DNA of 64,000 nt from Octopus bimaculoides (lineage: Eukaryota): NCBI RefSeq assembly GCF_001194135.2, contig NC_068997.1, positions 28,365,733 to 28,429,732 on the forward strand, given 5' to 3'. Below, piece after piece: positions 51,801 to 63,900 of the stretch. A program made the position numbers and the translations under genes. Below the pieces are notes generated by a model. That model was not told the DNA's origin, made no database searches, and saw only the letters and a program-made list of their open reading frames with translations. Positions within the stretch are counted from its first letter, which is position 1; each line of letters opens with the position of its first letter.

Positions 51801-54800
51801 ATGATATTTAGCAGAAGCACCAGAATGACATGAGGGCCAAAGTTTTGTGTGTTAGCACTTATGGAACTGGTTACAAATCATAAGGTTATAAATTTATATG
51901 CTGGTGATAATGGTATTTCCCTGCATAGTTCTAGAACAAATTATTAAAAACAATTACAATGCTATGTGGATAATTTGTATTTTTCAAATAGTTTGCCTGT
52001 TATGCCATTCAGTAAATAAATTCTAATGTAATGCTTATATGCAATGATGTTTAAAAATTAAGAATCATTTTAGCTTCCCCACCTTTTCAATTTTGTTTCT
52101 TTCTTCTCATAAAAGCATAGCATTTGAAATCATCATCGTCATTCAGTGACTATTTTCCATGCTGGCATGGGTTGGATAGTTAACAGGAGCTGACAAAACC
52201 AAAAGACTGCACCAGGCTTCATTGTCTCTTTTGGTGTGGCTTTTATGGCTGAATGCCCTTCCTAACACCAACCACCTTATCAAGAATTATTGATTAAAGG
52301 TGTTATACCGCAAATAAATCAAATAAACAGTTGGTGTTATTAAATAAAGTATGCTTTGTTTTTAATTAATTTAATAAGGATAGTTTTTTTTTTCTTCTAT
52401 TTTTTTTTTTTTTTTTGTCATTCTGCTTTATTTTCTCCTTCAATTAATTTATTTTTTAACGTTATTTCATTGGACCGCCACACAACATTTACAACTGATT
52501 CTAGAATCTCACCTCTGATGTCTTGATACTTTGTGTTCTTCCAGAATGTTGAATTCTTTGATGTCGCTGATGATTCCTGGAATTTTGCCACATCAAGTTT
52601 CAACCCTTTTCAGTGTTATCTTGCTCCGCTTGCTGTAAGTATTGGTCTCATTCCTTTTTTGTGGTACCGTGTGATTATTATTTGTTTTAGTGGTTTTTAA
52701 CTGATGTAATGGTTCCAGTAACTTTGAAGAATATGGCTAAATTCTTCCTTCCCAAGTTATTATGAGAATAATAAATCTGGATGCCGTGTTATTTCATTGC
52801 ATGGCAGAACAGATAACATGACCATTTTCCTGTTCTGTGGTTGTAGGCCCCTTATCTGGGATACCATATTCTGTGACATTTTCTTCAGCAACAACCTGAT
52901 GTGTTCAGCTTGCCACTCTAGGCTTTGCTGCTTGTCAGGCTGGGAAGAGTAAACTGTTGAAGTACTGACCTCCCTCTGACAGATTTGAGGTCGATCCTCT
53001 GGCAGTGGAGACCTCCGGTGTCCTTGACCCTGCGCACTGTTGTTGGGGTGGGCATGACTATCCCCAAGTCTGAACTCTGTGAGTCAGTGGTTGTTCCAGC
53101 GTGTATCCCTTGCTAACTTCTGGGGCAACACTTTTTCCATTTTGGCTGCCAGGACCATGAGACGGATTGACCAGTTCATAAGGGCAAAGTAAAATAAGAA
53201 GTATTTCTTGTATAGAGGCAGAGGCACAGCTGTGTGGTTCAAGGGCTTGCTTTGCAATCCTGTGGTTTCAGGTTCAGTCCAATTGCATGGCACTTTTGGA
53301 GAGAGCCCTGGGCCAACTGTTTTTTTACTTGTTTCAGTCATTGGACTGGTCATGATCTTCCTCATCTCGTGGCTCATTGATCATTCACCTTTCAACCCTC
53401 CCCAATTTTTAATCACTGCCTGCTTCCCCATCCCTTCATCTCTTCCTGATACAATCTTGCAAACCGCCTGCCCACCTACATCAACTCACCTTCAGCCTTG
53501 AGGGGTCACCTGGGCACCTCATCACCATTATCTGTCTCTTTGTAGCCCCTACTGACCATCTGTCTCTTCTCTTTCCCACCCATCTCCTATCAAATGCGTG
53601 TAGCCATGCAGATCCTCTACAAGAACCTGTCCTGACCCTCTACCTCTCTTATATTTTGAACCTTTCATCCCCTAGCATGAAGCTGATCTGCCCCCATTTT
53701 TGTAGTCCCGTGAGCTGCATGGCCTCCCTCATTAGTGCTGGTGGCATGAAAAAATAAAGACCTGTACACACTGTTATGTGTACAGGTCTTAGGAAGGCCA
53801 TCAAATTGTAGAAACCATGCCAAGGCAGACACTGGAGCACAATGCAGTCCTTGGGCCCATCGGATTTTGTCAAACTGTCCAACCCATGCCAACATAGACA
53901 TTAACTGATGATGATGGTGGTGGTACTGAAGTGAAAGACATTGCAATATCGACCACATGCTCATGTTTTCAAATTTAATGCAGACATTGTGTTAAGAAGT
54001 TCTCAGACAAAGCACATAACTTTATCCTGTGTAACTACCAAGCTGACAATAAAATGTCAGTGCTTTGTCATTCTTAAGTTGTTAATATTAAGGCAGCAAA
54101 ATGGATGTAAAACAATAAGATAAAAATCTATATTAATAAGTTATTGTTTTTATGTACAGGTTTTAGTGCAGTCTGCTATTATAAAAGTTTATGGCTATAG
54201 GTGCAAGCGTGGCTGTGTGGAAAGAAGTTTGCTTCCCAATCACAAGGATATAAGTTCCATCCCATTGTGTGGCACCTTGGGCAAGTGTCTTCTACTATAG
54301 AAGTTTCTACTTTCAAAAAACATCAATTTTTGGGTAATTAGATGTATTCAAGCTGTTTTTATCACAGCTAACATCATCTTTCATTTCATTTTTGTGCCAT
54401 GGACAGGAGAGGATTTATTTACAAACAAACAATGATTTCAGCTACAAGTGTAAACAAATCCTCCTGGCCATCTCTCTGTTTTCACATTGACCATTAGACA
54501 AGTTGTCAGGAATTAGCATTCCTGAGAGCAATTGTCTGTCATCACTAGTGACATTGTCACTTCATTGTCAATGACCTGATTATCAGTCTTGATAGAGATG
54601 TTTGTTTGTAATTTACAAGGTGATTTGATGGTGATGATGATAGAGAGAGAGATTAGGTATTCACTGCAATATGATTCATATTCATGATTCATATTTACTC
54701 TTTTACTTGTTTCAGTCATGTGACTGTGGCCATGCTGGAGCACCGCCTTTAGTCAAGTAAATCAACCCCAAGACTTATTCTATAGCCTAGTACTTATTCT

Positions 54801-54886
54801 ATCGGTTCCTTTTGGCAAACTGCTAAGTTACGGGGGCGTAAACACACCAGCATCGGTTGTCAAGCGATGTTGGGGGGGGGGGACAA

Positions 54887-54920
<34 letters not shown>

Positions 54921-57900
54921 GATGAGCTTCTTTCAGTTTCCGTCTACCAAATCCACTCACAAGGCTTTGGTCAGCCGGAGGCTACAGTAGAAGACACTTG
55001 CCCAAGGTGCCACGCAGTGGAACTGAACCCGGAACAATGTGGTTCGTAAGCAAGCTACTTACCACACAGCCACTCACACCACCATCATCATCATCACCAT
55101 CATCACCATCATCACCAACATCATCAAGGAGTAGGCAGTAACTCTATAAGATGTACCCGGTGTAAGCTATGGACACATAAGAGGTGCAGCAATATCAAAG
55201 GCAGATTAACTACAAAGTTAGTTTTTGTATGTGGCAGATGTTCAGGTGCAATAAACACTGTAAACAAACAGGAAACAACTTCTATCTCATTCCAGGGAGA
55301 AAAACTAGAGGTAGTTGATAGCTTCCGCTATCTGGGTGACCAAGTTAGTAGTGGGGGTGGGTGCACTGAAAGTGTAACTGCTAGAATAAGAATAGCCTGG
55401 GCCAAGTTTAGAGAGCTCTTACCTCTGCTGGCGACAAAGGGACTCTCACTCAGANNNNNNNNNNNNNNNNNNNNNNNNNNNNNNNNNNNNNNNNNNNNNN
55501 NNNNNNNNNNNNNNNNNNNNNNNNNNNNNNNNNNNNNNNNNNNNNNNNNNNNNNNNNNNNNNNNNNNNNNNNNNNNNNNNNNNNNNNNNNNNNNNNNNNN
55601 NNNNNNNNNNNNNNNNNNNNNNNNNNNNNNNNNNNNNNNNNNNNNNNNNNNNNNNNNNNNNNNNNNNNNNNNNNNNNNNNNNNNNNNNNNNNNNNNNNNN
55701 NNNNNNNNNNNNNNNNNNNNNNNNNNNNNNNNNNNNNNNNNNNNNNNNNNNNNNNNNNNNNNNNNNNNNNNNNNNNNNNNNNNNNNNNNNNNNNNNNNNN
55801 NNNNNNNNNNNNNNNNNNNNNNNNNNNNNNNNNNNNNNNNNNNNNNNNNNNNNNNNNNNNNNNNNNNNNNNNNNNNNNNNNNNNNNNNNNNNNNNNNNNN
55901 NNNNNNNNNNNNNNNNNNNNNNNNNNNNNNNNNNNNNNNNNNNNNNNNNNNNNNNNNNNNNNNNNNNNNNNNNNNNNNNNNNNNNNNNNNNNNNNNNNNN
56001 NNNNNNNNNNNNNNNNNNNNNNNNNNNNNNNNNNNNNNNNNNNNNNNNNNNNNNNNNNNNNNNNNNNNNNNNNNNNNNNNNNNNNNNNNNNNNNNNNNNN
56101 NNNNNNNNNNNNNNNNNNNNNNNNNNNNNNNNNNNNNNNNNNNNNNNNNNNNNNNNNNNNNNNNNNNNNNNNNNNNNNNNNNNNNNNNNNNNNNNNNNNN
56201 NNNNNNNNNNNNNNNNNNNNNNNNNNNNNNNNNNNNNNNNNNNNNNNNNNNNNNNNNNNNNNNNNNNNNNNNNNNNNNNNNNNNNNNNNNNNNNNNNNNN
56301 NNNNNNNNNNNNNNNNNNNNNNNNNNNNNNACATAAAAGACACCATTTCGGGCGTGGCCGTTTTCGTGCGGGTGACACGTAAAAGCACCCACTACACTCT
56401 CTGAGTGGTTGGCGTTAGGAAGGGCATCCAGCTGTAGAAACTCTGCCAAATTAGATTGGAGCCTGATGTAGCCATCTGGTTGCACCAGTCTTCAGTCAAA
56501 TCGTCCAACCCATGCTAGCATGGAAAGCGGACGTTAAACGATGATGATTATGATGATGATGGGTTGGATGGTTTGGAAGAGACTGGCATCAATCCCTGCT
56601 GACTCCTTTCAGTTTCCATCTACCAAATCTACTCACAAGGCTTTGGTTGGCCCGAAGCTATAGTAGAAGACACATGCCCAAGGTGCTACACAGTGAGACT
56701 GAACCCGGAACCATGTGGTTGGTAAGCAATCTACTTACCACACCCACTCCTGCACCTAAAAGAAGAAAAGTGTTGGGCTCGTCTGGGATTTGAACCCAGG
56801 ACCTCTCACACCTTAAGTGAAAATCATACCCCTAGACCAAAGGGCATTGTAGGGTAGATGTGAGAGGCCAGATCTGGTCAGTTTGAACATAAAGCAGGTA
56901 GGATATTTGGGCAGGTATGGCCAGTTTAAATGCTAAACAGTTAATGCAGTCAGTTTAAAAGGATTGGGGTGGGGGAAGATGCAATGGGAAGTGGGGTGGG
57001 TTTCAATAAAATAAATTGTTTACATTCCAGTCAGGTATTTGAGATGGTTTTGCATCTCCATCAGTGGAATCTTCTGAAGTCAGAGTAAGCAAGACTCTCC
57101 ATGCTCACTGAACCTGCTAAAAATAACACTGAAATCTCCCTCAGATTCCATCTTACCATTTATTGGTCAGCGTAGTCCTAAATTATGAAATGTCTCTGGT
57201 CTCATAGGTAGGGGTGGTGATGGTGGTGGTGGTGAGGATCCACCACCACCATCACCACCCAACAACAACAGGAACAACAAAATCTACAATTTCAAAACTG
57301 TTGCATTCTTGAAGAATTAATGTGTCTAGACTGGTCTGTTATGTCTTGTGTAGTTCTTTGCAAGGTTTACTGGAATATTAGCGAAACATTGTCAGTGTAA
57401 AACGAAAGATGATTGTGTTGGTGGATGTGAAATGAAGATGATTGTGGTGAAGAGAAGTAGGAGGAGGATAGCAGCTATCCTTTCTCCTCTTCCTACTACC
57501 ACTACCGCTACTACTACAACACCACAACCACCACTATCATCATCATGACCCTCTTCATTGCTGCTGCCACCACTACCATCTCCACCGCCACCACCACCAC
57601 CATCATCATCTTTCCTTAGAATCTCTTTAGAATTGTTCTTGTTGAAATGTTGCCAGTGTAAATGAAATAACAGATCCCAGAATGATGATAATGGCTGCTG
57701 TAGTAGCAGCTTATTTGCATATTTATTTATTCACTCATTAATTTACAGTAGACAAATGTTAGGAAACTCTATTTTAATCAACAAGCCAAGGGTTTTTTTT
57801 CTACCTCTTAATTTTTGTGTGGGTCTAAGGAATATTGATAATATACTTGTGAGCTTTTAGGTCCATTTGTTGATATTTTGGTATTCCAGACTTTCTTAAT

Positions 57901-60900
57901 GTTTCTCGTTAGTTCAAGCGGATTGCAAAACATGGAATTTTGTTTTGTAATTGATTTTAAATTTTCATCTATTTTGTCTTACGTTTCACAGCATTTCTTG
58001 GATCCATCCCTAACTCCATTTGAAGTTGAAAAAGCCCAGTGGCAGCAATCGGAGTCCGGAGCCAACGCTGAGATGTGCCAAGAAGCGAAGACATTGCTTG
58101 AATTTATAGAGACGTTTGCTAATGCTGAACACCAAAGAAAGTAAGTTTTTCAGTTTCATTTAGGAAATAAAAATTAAGTTTCACAAAATTTTGACAAGGC
58201 ACCAGATAATAATCTTGGTTTTTTGTTTTGTTCTGCATAATTCCTGTCTGCTACTTCATACAATTCTCTTGATGACTTGGCTTGCCGACAGTTTTATTGT
58301 TTTCATTTTATGTAACTTTATTAAAATATTGAGAGAATGTCAATGTTTGGAGCAGGCATGGCTATGTGGCAAGAAGCTTGCTTTCCAACCACATGGTTCT
58401 GGGTTCAGTCCCACTGTGTGGCACCTTGGGCAAGTGTTTTCTACTATAGCCTTAGCCAACCGTGGATTTGTTAGATGGAAATGTTGAAAGCTAGTTTCAA
58501 CTGATAACCAGTGTACCCAGATTTGACTGTTAAATATGTTCAGTAAACTTAAAATATCAGATTGGTTTTTATTTTTAGATGGATAGAAGCTGTTGAAATA
58601 ATACCCTCCCTTCTGGATAAAGGCCTTAGCTATCTTCTCTATAAAGAAAATCGAGAAGGTAAGTAATTTTCCTTTTATTTCTGAATTTAAAGATAATATA
58701 ATAGAGTAATTAAATTTAAAAATCAATAAAGTCTCTAATTATTTCAGTTACCGAAGTAGTTTTAGCAAAGAGTTTGTGCGATTCATTGTAAGTTGATTAG
58801 CTTCAAGTCTTTTTACATCATAGTTTTCTTACTGATTTGTTTATGCTGCATTCTGTGAAGAATATTGCACAGAAATGGGTGATCTAGATTTCAGGTCTAT
58901 TTCTTGAGACTGGGACTTAAAGATAATTGTAATTTCAACCAAAATAAGCAAAATTGGTTTCACTGACATTGTTGATATCCTCTAATGAGTGAAATTAGAT
59001 CACATAAATCCAGGTCAACTCTAAATGACTGGATACAATCAATAAATGATGAGATACAAATTGATGATACTTCAGCCAAGTGACCAGTAGCTTAGCCATT
59101 CCACTGAGGATGCTTCAACCAAGTGACCAGTAGTTTAGCCATTCCACTGATGACACTTCAGCCAAGTGGCCAGTAGTTTAGCCATTCCACTATACTGCAG
59201 TTCCTTATTTTCTGGATTAAACATTCAATTTGTCACATTTAATTTACCTGTATATTGCTAATTGCTAAAACCTCATCATTGCCAGTGTTAACAAGCCATG
59301 CCAAAAAATTAATACTTCATTGCCACAATGGGGCGAGCTGGCAGAATCGTTAGCATGCCGGGCAAAATGCTTTGCAGTATTTTGTCTGCCACTACATTCT
59401 GAGTTCAAATTCTGCCAAGGTCTACTTAGCCTTTCATCCTTTTGGGGACAATTAAATAAGTACCAGTTAAGCACTGGAGTCGATGTAATCAACTTAATCC
59501 CTTTGTCTGTCCTTGTTTGTCCTCTCTATGTTTAGCCCCCTATAATCTGGTAACCAGACTTATCTTCACTTCGTAACCATAAAACACAACGGCTTAAGCA
59601 ATGGAATGGATTAAGCAATAAGTTTGTTTGTTTTTTTTTTTGTTTTTTAGATAAGTTTAGGTTTAGAACTTATTCCATTGATTTTTTTTTTTTCGTTTCA
59701 TTCTTTGTCGTTGTTCATCTTTTGCAGATGTTCTGACAACGTTATTGGATTGGTGTATCGAAGGGTTGGATTTAAAGAAAGCTATTACCCAACCAGAAAC
59801 AGCTTTCAAAGTACGGTATCTGAAGATGGGAATCCGTCTTGCTAGCAGTCTCTGTTGCTGTGATTCGTTTGTTGCATCAAAAGCAGTTGTAAGTTGATTA
59901 GCTTCAAGTCTTTTTGCACCATAGCTTTCTTACTGATTTGTTTATGCTGCATCCTGTGAAGAATATTGCACAGAAACGGTTGATCTATTTCTTGAGATTG
60001 GGACTTAAAGATAGTTGTAAATCCAGTCAAAATTAGCAAAATGCATGATAACAGCTAAAATGGTTCTGTTTCTGTTCTTTTGTAGCTGTCATATCCTTTG
60101 GTGCTGTCTGTACAACATGCAACAAGCCTTCTGCAAACATGTCAACTGTTCGCTTTCCTCTTAGCTCCACTTGGGCCAACTCCCATCACTCTTTTGCCAT
60201 CCCAAAATGTACTGTGCCTCATCCTTCTTGGTCTTCCACTCAGTCTCTTCCCTCCTTCTGACATCCACTCCATCACAATGGCAGCAGATCTCTTCTGCAG
60301 TAATGGAAGCTCATGGCCAGTAAACCGTACCCACTGCTTAGTCACCATGTCCAGCAAACTTACTGTGCCTACTACTCTCATCACCTCTTTGTTTCTCACT
60401 CTATCCCAGTAAGAGATACATTCTCTACTGATCAGTAAATGAATTCACCTGTTACACTCTATATCAACTGCTATAAATCATCTGTTTTCCCTGGTGGATT
60501 GGACGGTTTGGCTGGAGTTAGAGGCTTCATTTTTGGTATCAAAGATAAAACACACAAAACACGCACGCACGCACGCACACACACACACACAATGATGAAT
60601 GTTACACTTAATGAACAAAATGTTGCTCTAATTGATTGGATTGAAAAGCGATGTAGGTCACAGCTGTTTCTTGCTGTTACCACAATCCTTCTGCTGCTGC
60701 TCTTAATGAAGTTGAGTCACCAGCATTTGTTTCAGAGATGACCTACAGAAGTATTGGTGCCAGCTGGTTTGACGGTAGATTTGGTCATCAACAAATTTGA
60801 TTTGGTCATCAACAAATTTGGTAGATTTGGTCATCAACAAATTTGTGGATTTATGTTTGTTATTAGCAGCTCACCAATATAATACCATGACTTATATGTT

Positions 60901-63900
60901 ACACCTGCTTCAACTGTATTTCTTCTGTCTGTCCATTTCCACCCTTTGTTCCTGGGGGTGGGGGGCATTGGAGTAGAGTCCTTAAGCACCTCTTCCATAA
61001 GATCCTGTCAGAAGTAACCCTCATTACGCTTTCTGATTGGATTCCCAAGTGTGACCTATTATCCAACCAACCACTTCTTGGTCTACCCTTAGGTTTCCTG
61101 CTGGTTAGCTCAGCTTGAAGAATCCATCTTGAGATTCTTTCCTGTGACATTGTAATCACATGTCCGTAGTACCAGAACAGTGACCTCTCAATGTAGAGGA
61201 ATAGCCGCTTGACTTGGAGAGGTTCAAATTATCTTGATCTGCTAAATAAAAATGCTCAACTTGTCAGATCTTTTAAATATGTGGAAAATGTTTATGAAAA
61301 ATAGAAAGGAAAAGGTTATAATAAAATTGGACTAAACTTTAGGACTGTTTCCTTAAAGAGGGAGACTTGTAGAATGTTTAAATTCTTGTGGCCTCATTTG
61401 CTTGGTACATATTATAAAATAAAAATAAACTCAAACACCATTTAAGCATGGTCAATGTCAGTGCCACCTTTCTAGCCCCTGTGCTGGTGGCATGTAAAAG
61501 CACCCACTACACTCTTGGAGCGGTTGGTGTTAGGAACGGCATCTACCTGTAGAAACCTTGCCAGATCAGATTGGAGTCTGGTGCAGCCTTCTGGCTTGCC
61601 AGTCTTCAGTTGAACCGTACAACCCATGCCAGCATGGAAAGTGGATGTTAAACAATGATGATGATTAAGAAATAATATTCCATAATTTATTTAAGCCATG
61701 ACAATGGTTTTCATCAGGCAACTAGGCTGCACCAATGGTAATTGTATTGGCTGAGGTCAATACTCAGTGTTTGGCAATGGTTTGGCATATATTTATGTCA
61801 ACCGGTGCAAAAACTGGTACGGATAAGACTGCTCATAATTACACCATCTTATTTAAAGTAAGTACACAGTAGGTGTAAATTTCTGTCAACCAATGCAATG
61901 GGGGTTAAAATATATGCGATTCTACAGTTTGTTCACATGCATGTTATAAGCATATGGTCTTACTGTGGAATATTGTTTAGATATGCTGTTCCAAATTCTT
62001 GGCAGTACAGCATGAAATTCCACAACTGTTTGCAGAATTTCATTTTCTTAAGTTTTCTTCAGTCTTTCTTTAAATTTTCATTGTAATACCAGGGAAGAAA
62101 CCACTTATAAAGGCTTACAAAGCTTATCTTAATTCCTGCATTTGTTTGCCAACAATCTTGTTATGGTTGCGTATTTATGTTTAACAGATTTGATGGCTTT
62201 GGTTTCTTCTTTCAGGAACGGAATATCCAACATTATTTACTTGATTTGTATATTTCCCCCAACATGTCTATGTCTCTGAAATTACAAATTTTGCGTGCCC
62301 TGGACCAAACAACTCGTCTCCAAGAAGGCTTGCTGTGGTTCACTGCCAGTCATCCATCAAAACAGAAACGGCAGAGGCTGCGACGCAGGCTGGTCAGTGC
62401 CAAACAGAATGAAGAGAACGAAGACACGACTGAAAAGAAAATGTATGACATTGATGAATATCTCCAAGACATTGATGATGCTGAACAGGAGAGAGACAAG
62501 AAAGATGGCATGAGTGAAGGATGGAGTTGTTACCAGAGATTGCTTGACATAATGATGACAAAGCAGGTTTGTTCGTTTAATATTTCTCAATCATCTTGCA
62601 ACACCTTTATTTTAATACCTGTTTTATGGTTGACACCTATAGCATTCCTTCTTCCTTTCTAGACCATTTCTTACTCTTTTATGTTCTTGATGTACATTTT
62701 AATTGTCTATATAGTAGTTATATGTACAAGTGCAGGAGTGGCGGTGTGGTTAACAAACTTGCTTTACAACCATGTGATCTTGGGTTCAGTCCCACTGCAT
62801 GGCACCTTTGGCAAGTGTCTTTTACTATAGCTCCAGGTTCACCAATACCTATTGAGAGGAATTGGTAGATGGAAACTGTGTGGAAGCCTGTCACTGTGTG
62901 TGTGTGCGTGTGGGGGGGGGGTCTCTGTGGTTGTTTCCTTCCCACTATCATTTGACACCTAGTGTTGGTTTGTTTACATCACCCATAGCTTAGTGGTTTG
63001 GCAAAAGAGACTGATAGAATAGGTACCAGGGAGTGGGGGGATGGAGTGATTTGTTCAAATAAAAGCCTTGAAGCTGGGGCCCTAGCATGGCTGCAATTCA
63101 GTGACTGAAAAGGACCAGTTAAACCACCACCTCCACTCACTTTAAATCGTCATCATCATCATCATCATTTTGTTCACTTCTTTCATTGCTGACATTGGTC
63201 TGACAAGACTTACTGAAGAAGCTGTATTCTATGACAGGATGTACTTCCCTGATGCCAATCACTCCTAACCATTGTCTTTCAAGTAAAATATTCTTATTCC
63301 GTTGATTGTTGAAATCCTTATCCAATGTTTATTACGTAATTCTTCAGATTGTCCGAGTTGCAGTTGCTGGGACGGCTTTATTACGTAAAATCCACACGTT
63401 TGAGGTTCTTCAAAACTTCTACCTGATAGTTGAGCAGTAAGTATACGGATTCTATTTTGCTTTGGATTTGTATACTGTTAAGTGTTTCGCTTGCAGGATT
63501 AACAACAAGACTATTGAGTCTGTGATGTTACTGCTGGGTCTGCGACGTTAATGTTGAAATCTGCAACATTGCTGTTGAGTCCGTGATGTCACTACTGAGT
63601 CTATAGTGTTACTACTGAGCCTGTGATGCTAGTGTTGAGTCACTGCTGTTACAAATCCAACCCTGGTGTACTTTACCTTTCATATTTCGTTGGCTGGTAA
63701 CGAATACCAATGGATGAAATTCGGACTGGGGGGATAAAATCTACCAGGGTTGATGCAAGTGACTTGAACTTAGAAAGTGGTGCTCCAGCATAGCCAGAGT
63801 CCAATGATGGATACCGGTAAAAGAAAGGAAAGCAATTATTAAAATTGTCCGTTACTTCAATTGTATTCATAGTTTTTTGTTTCCATTTTCAGGTTGATTG

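Noticed and set aside
52780-53180. Possible CR1 ORF1 esterase remnant (LGDSH..LSVLP) on the minus strand
   Set aside because: Only two short motifs; not enough for a call.
59062-59190. Tandem arrays as CRISPR-like repeats (also 43418-43752, 60778-60844)
   Set aside because: Head-to-tail units without unique spacers, in a eukaryotic context, with no cas genes.
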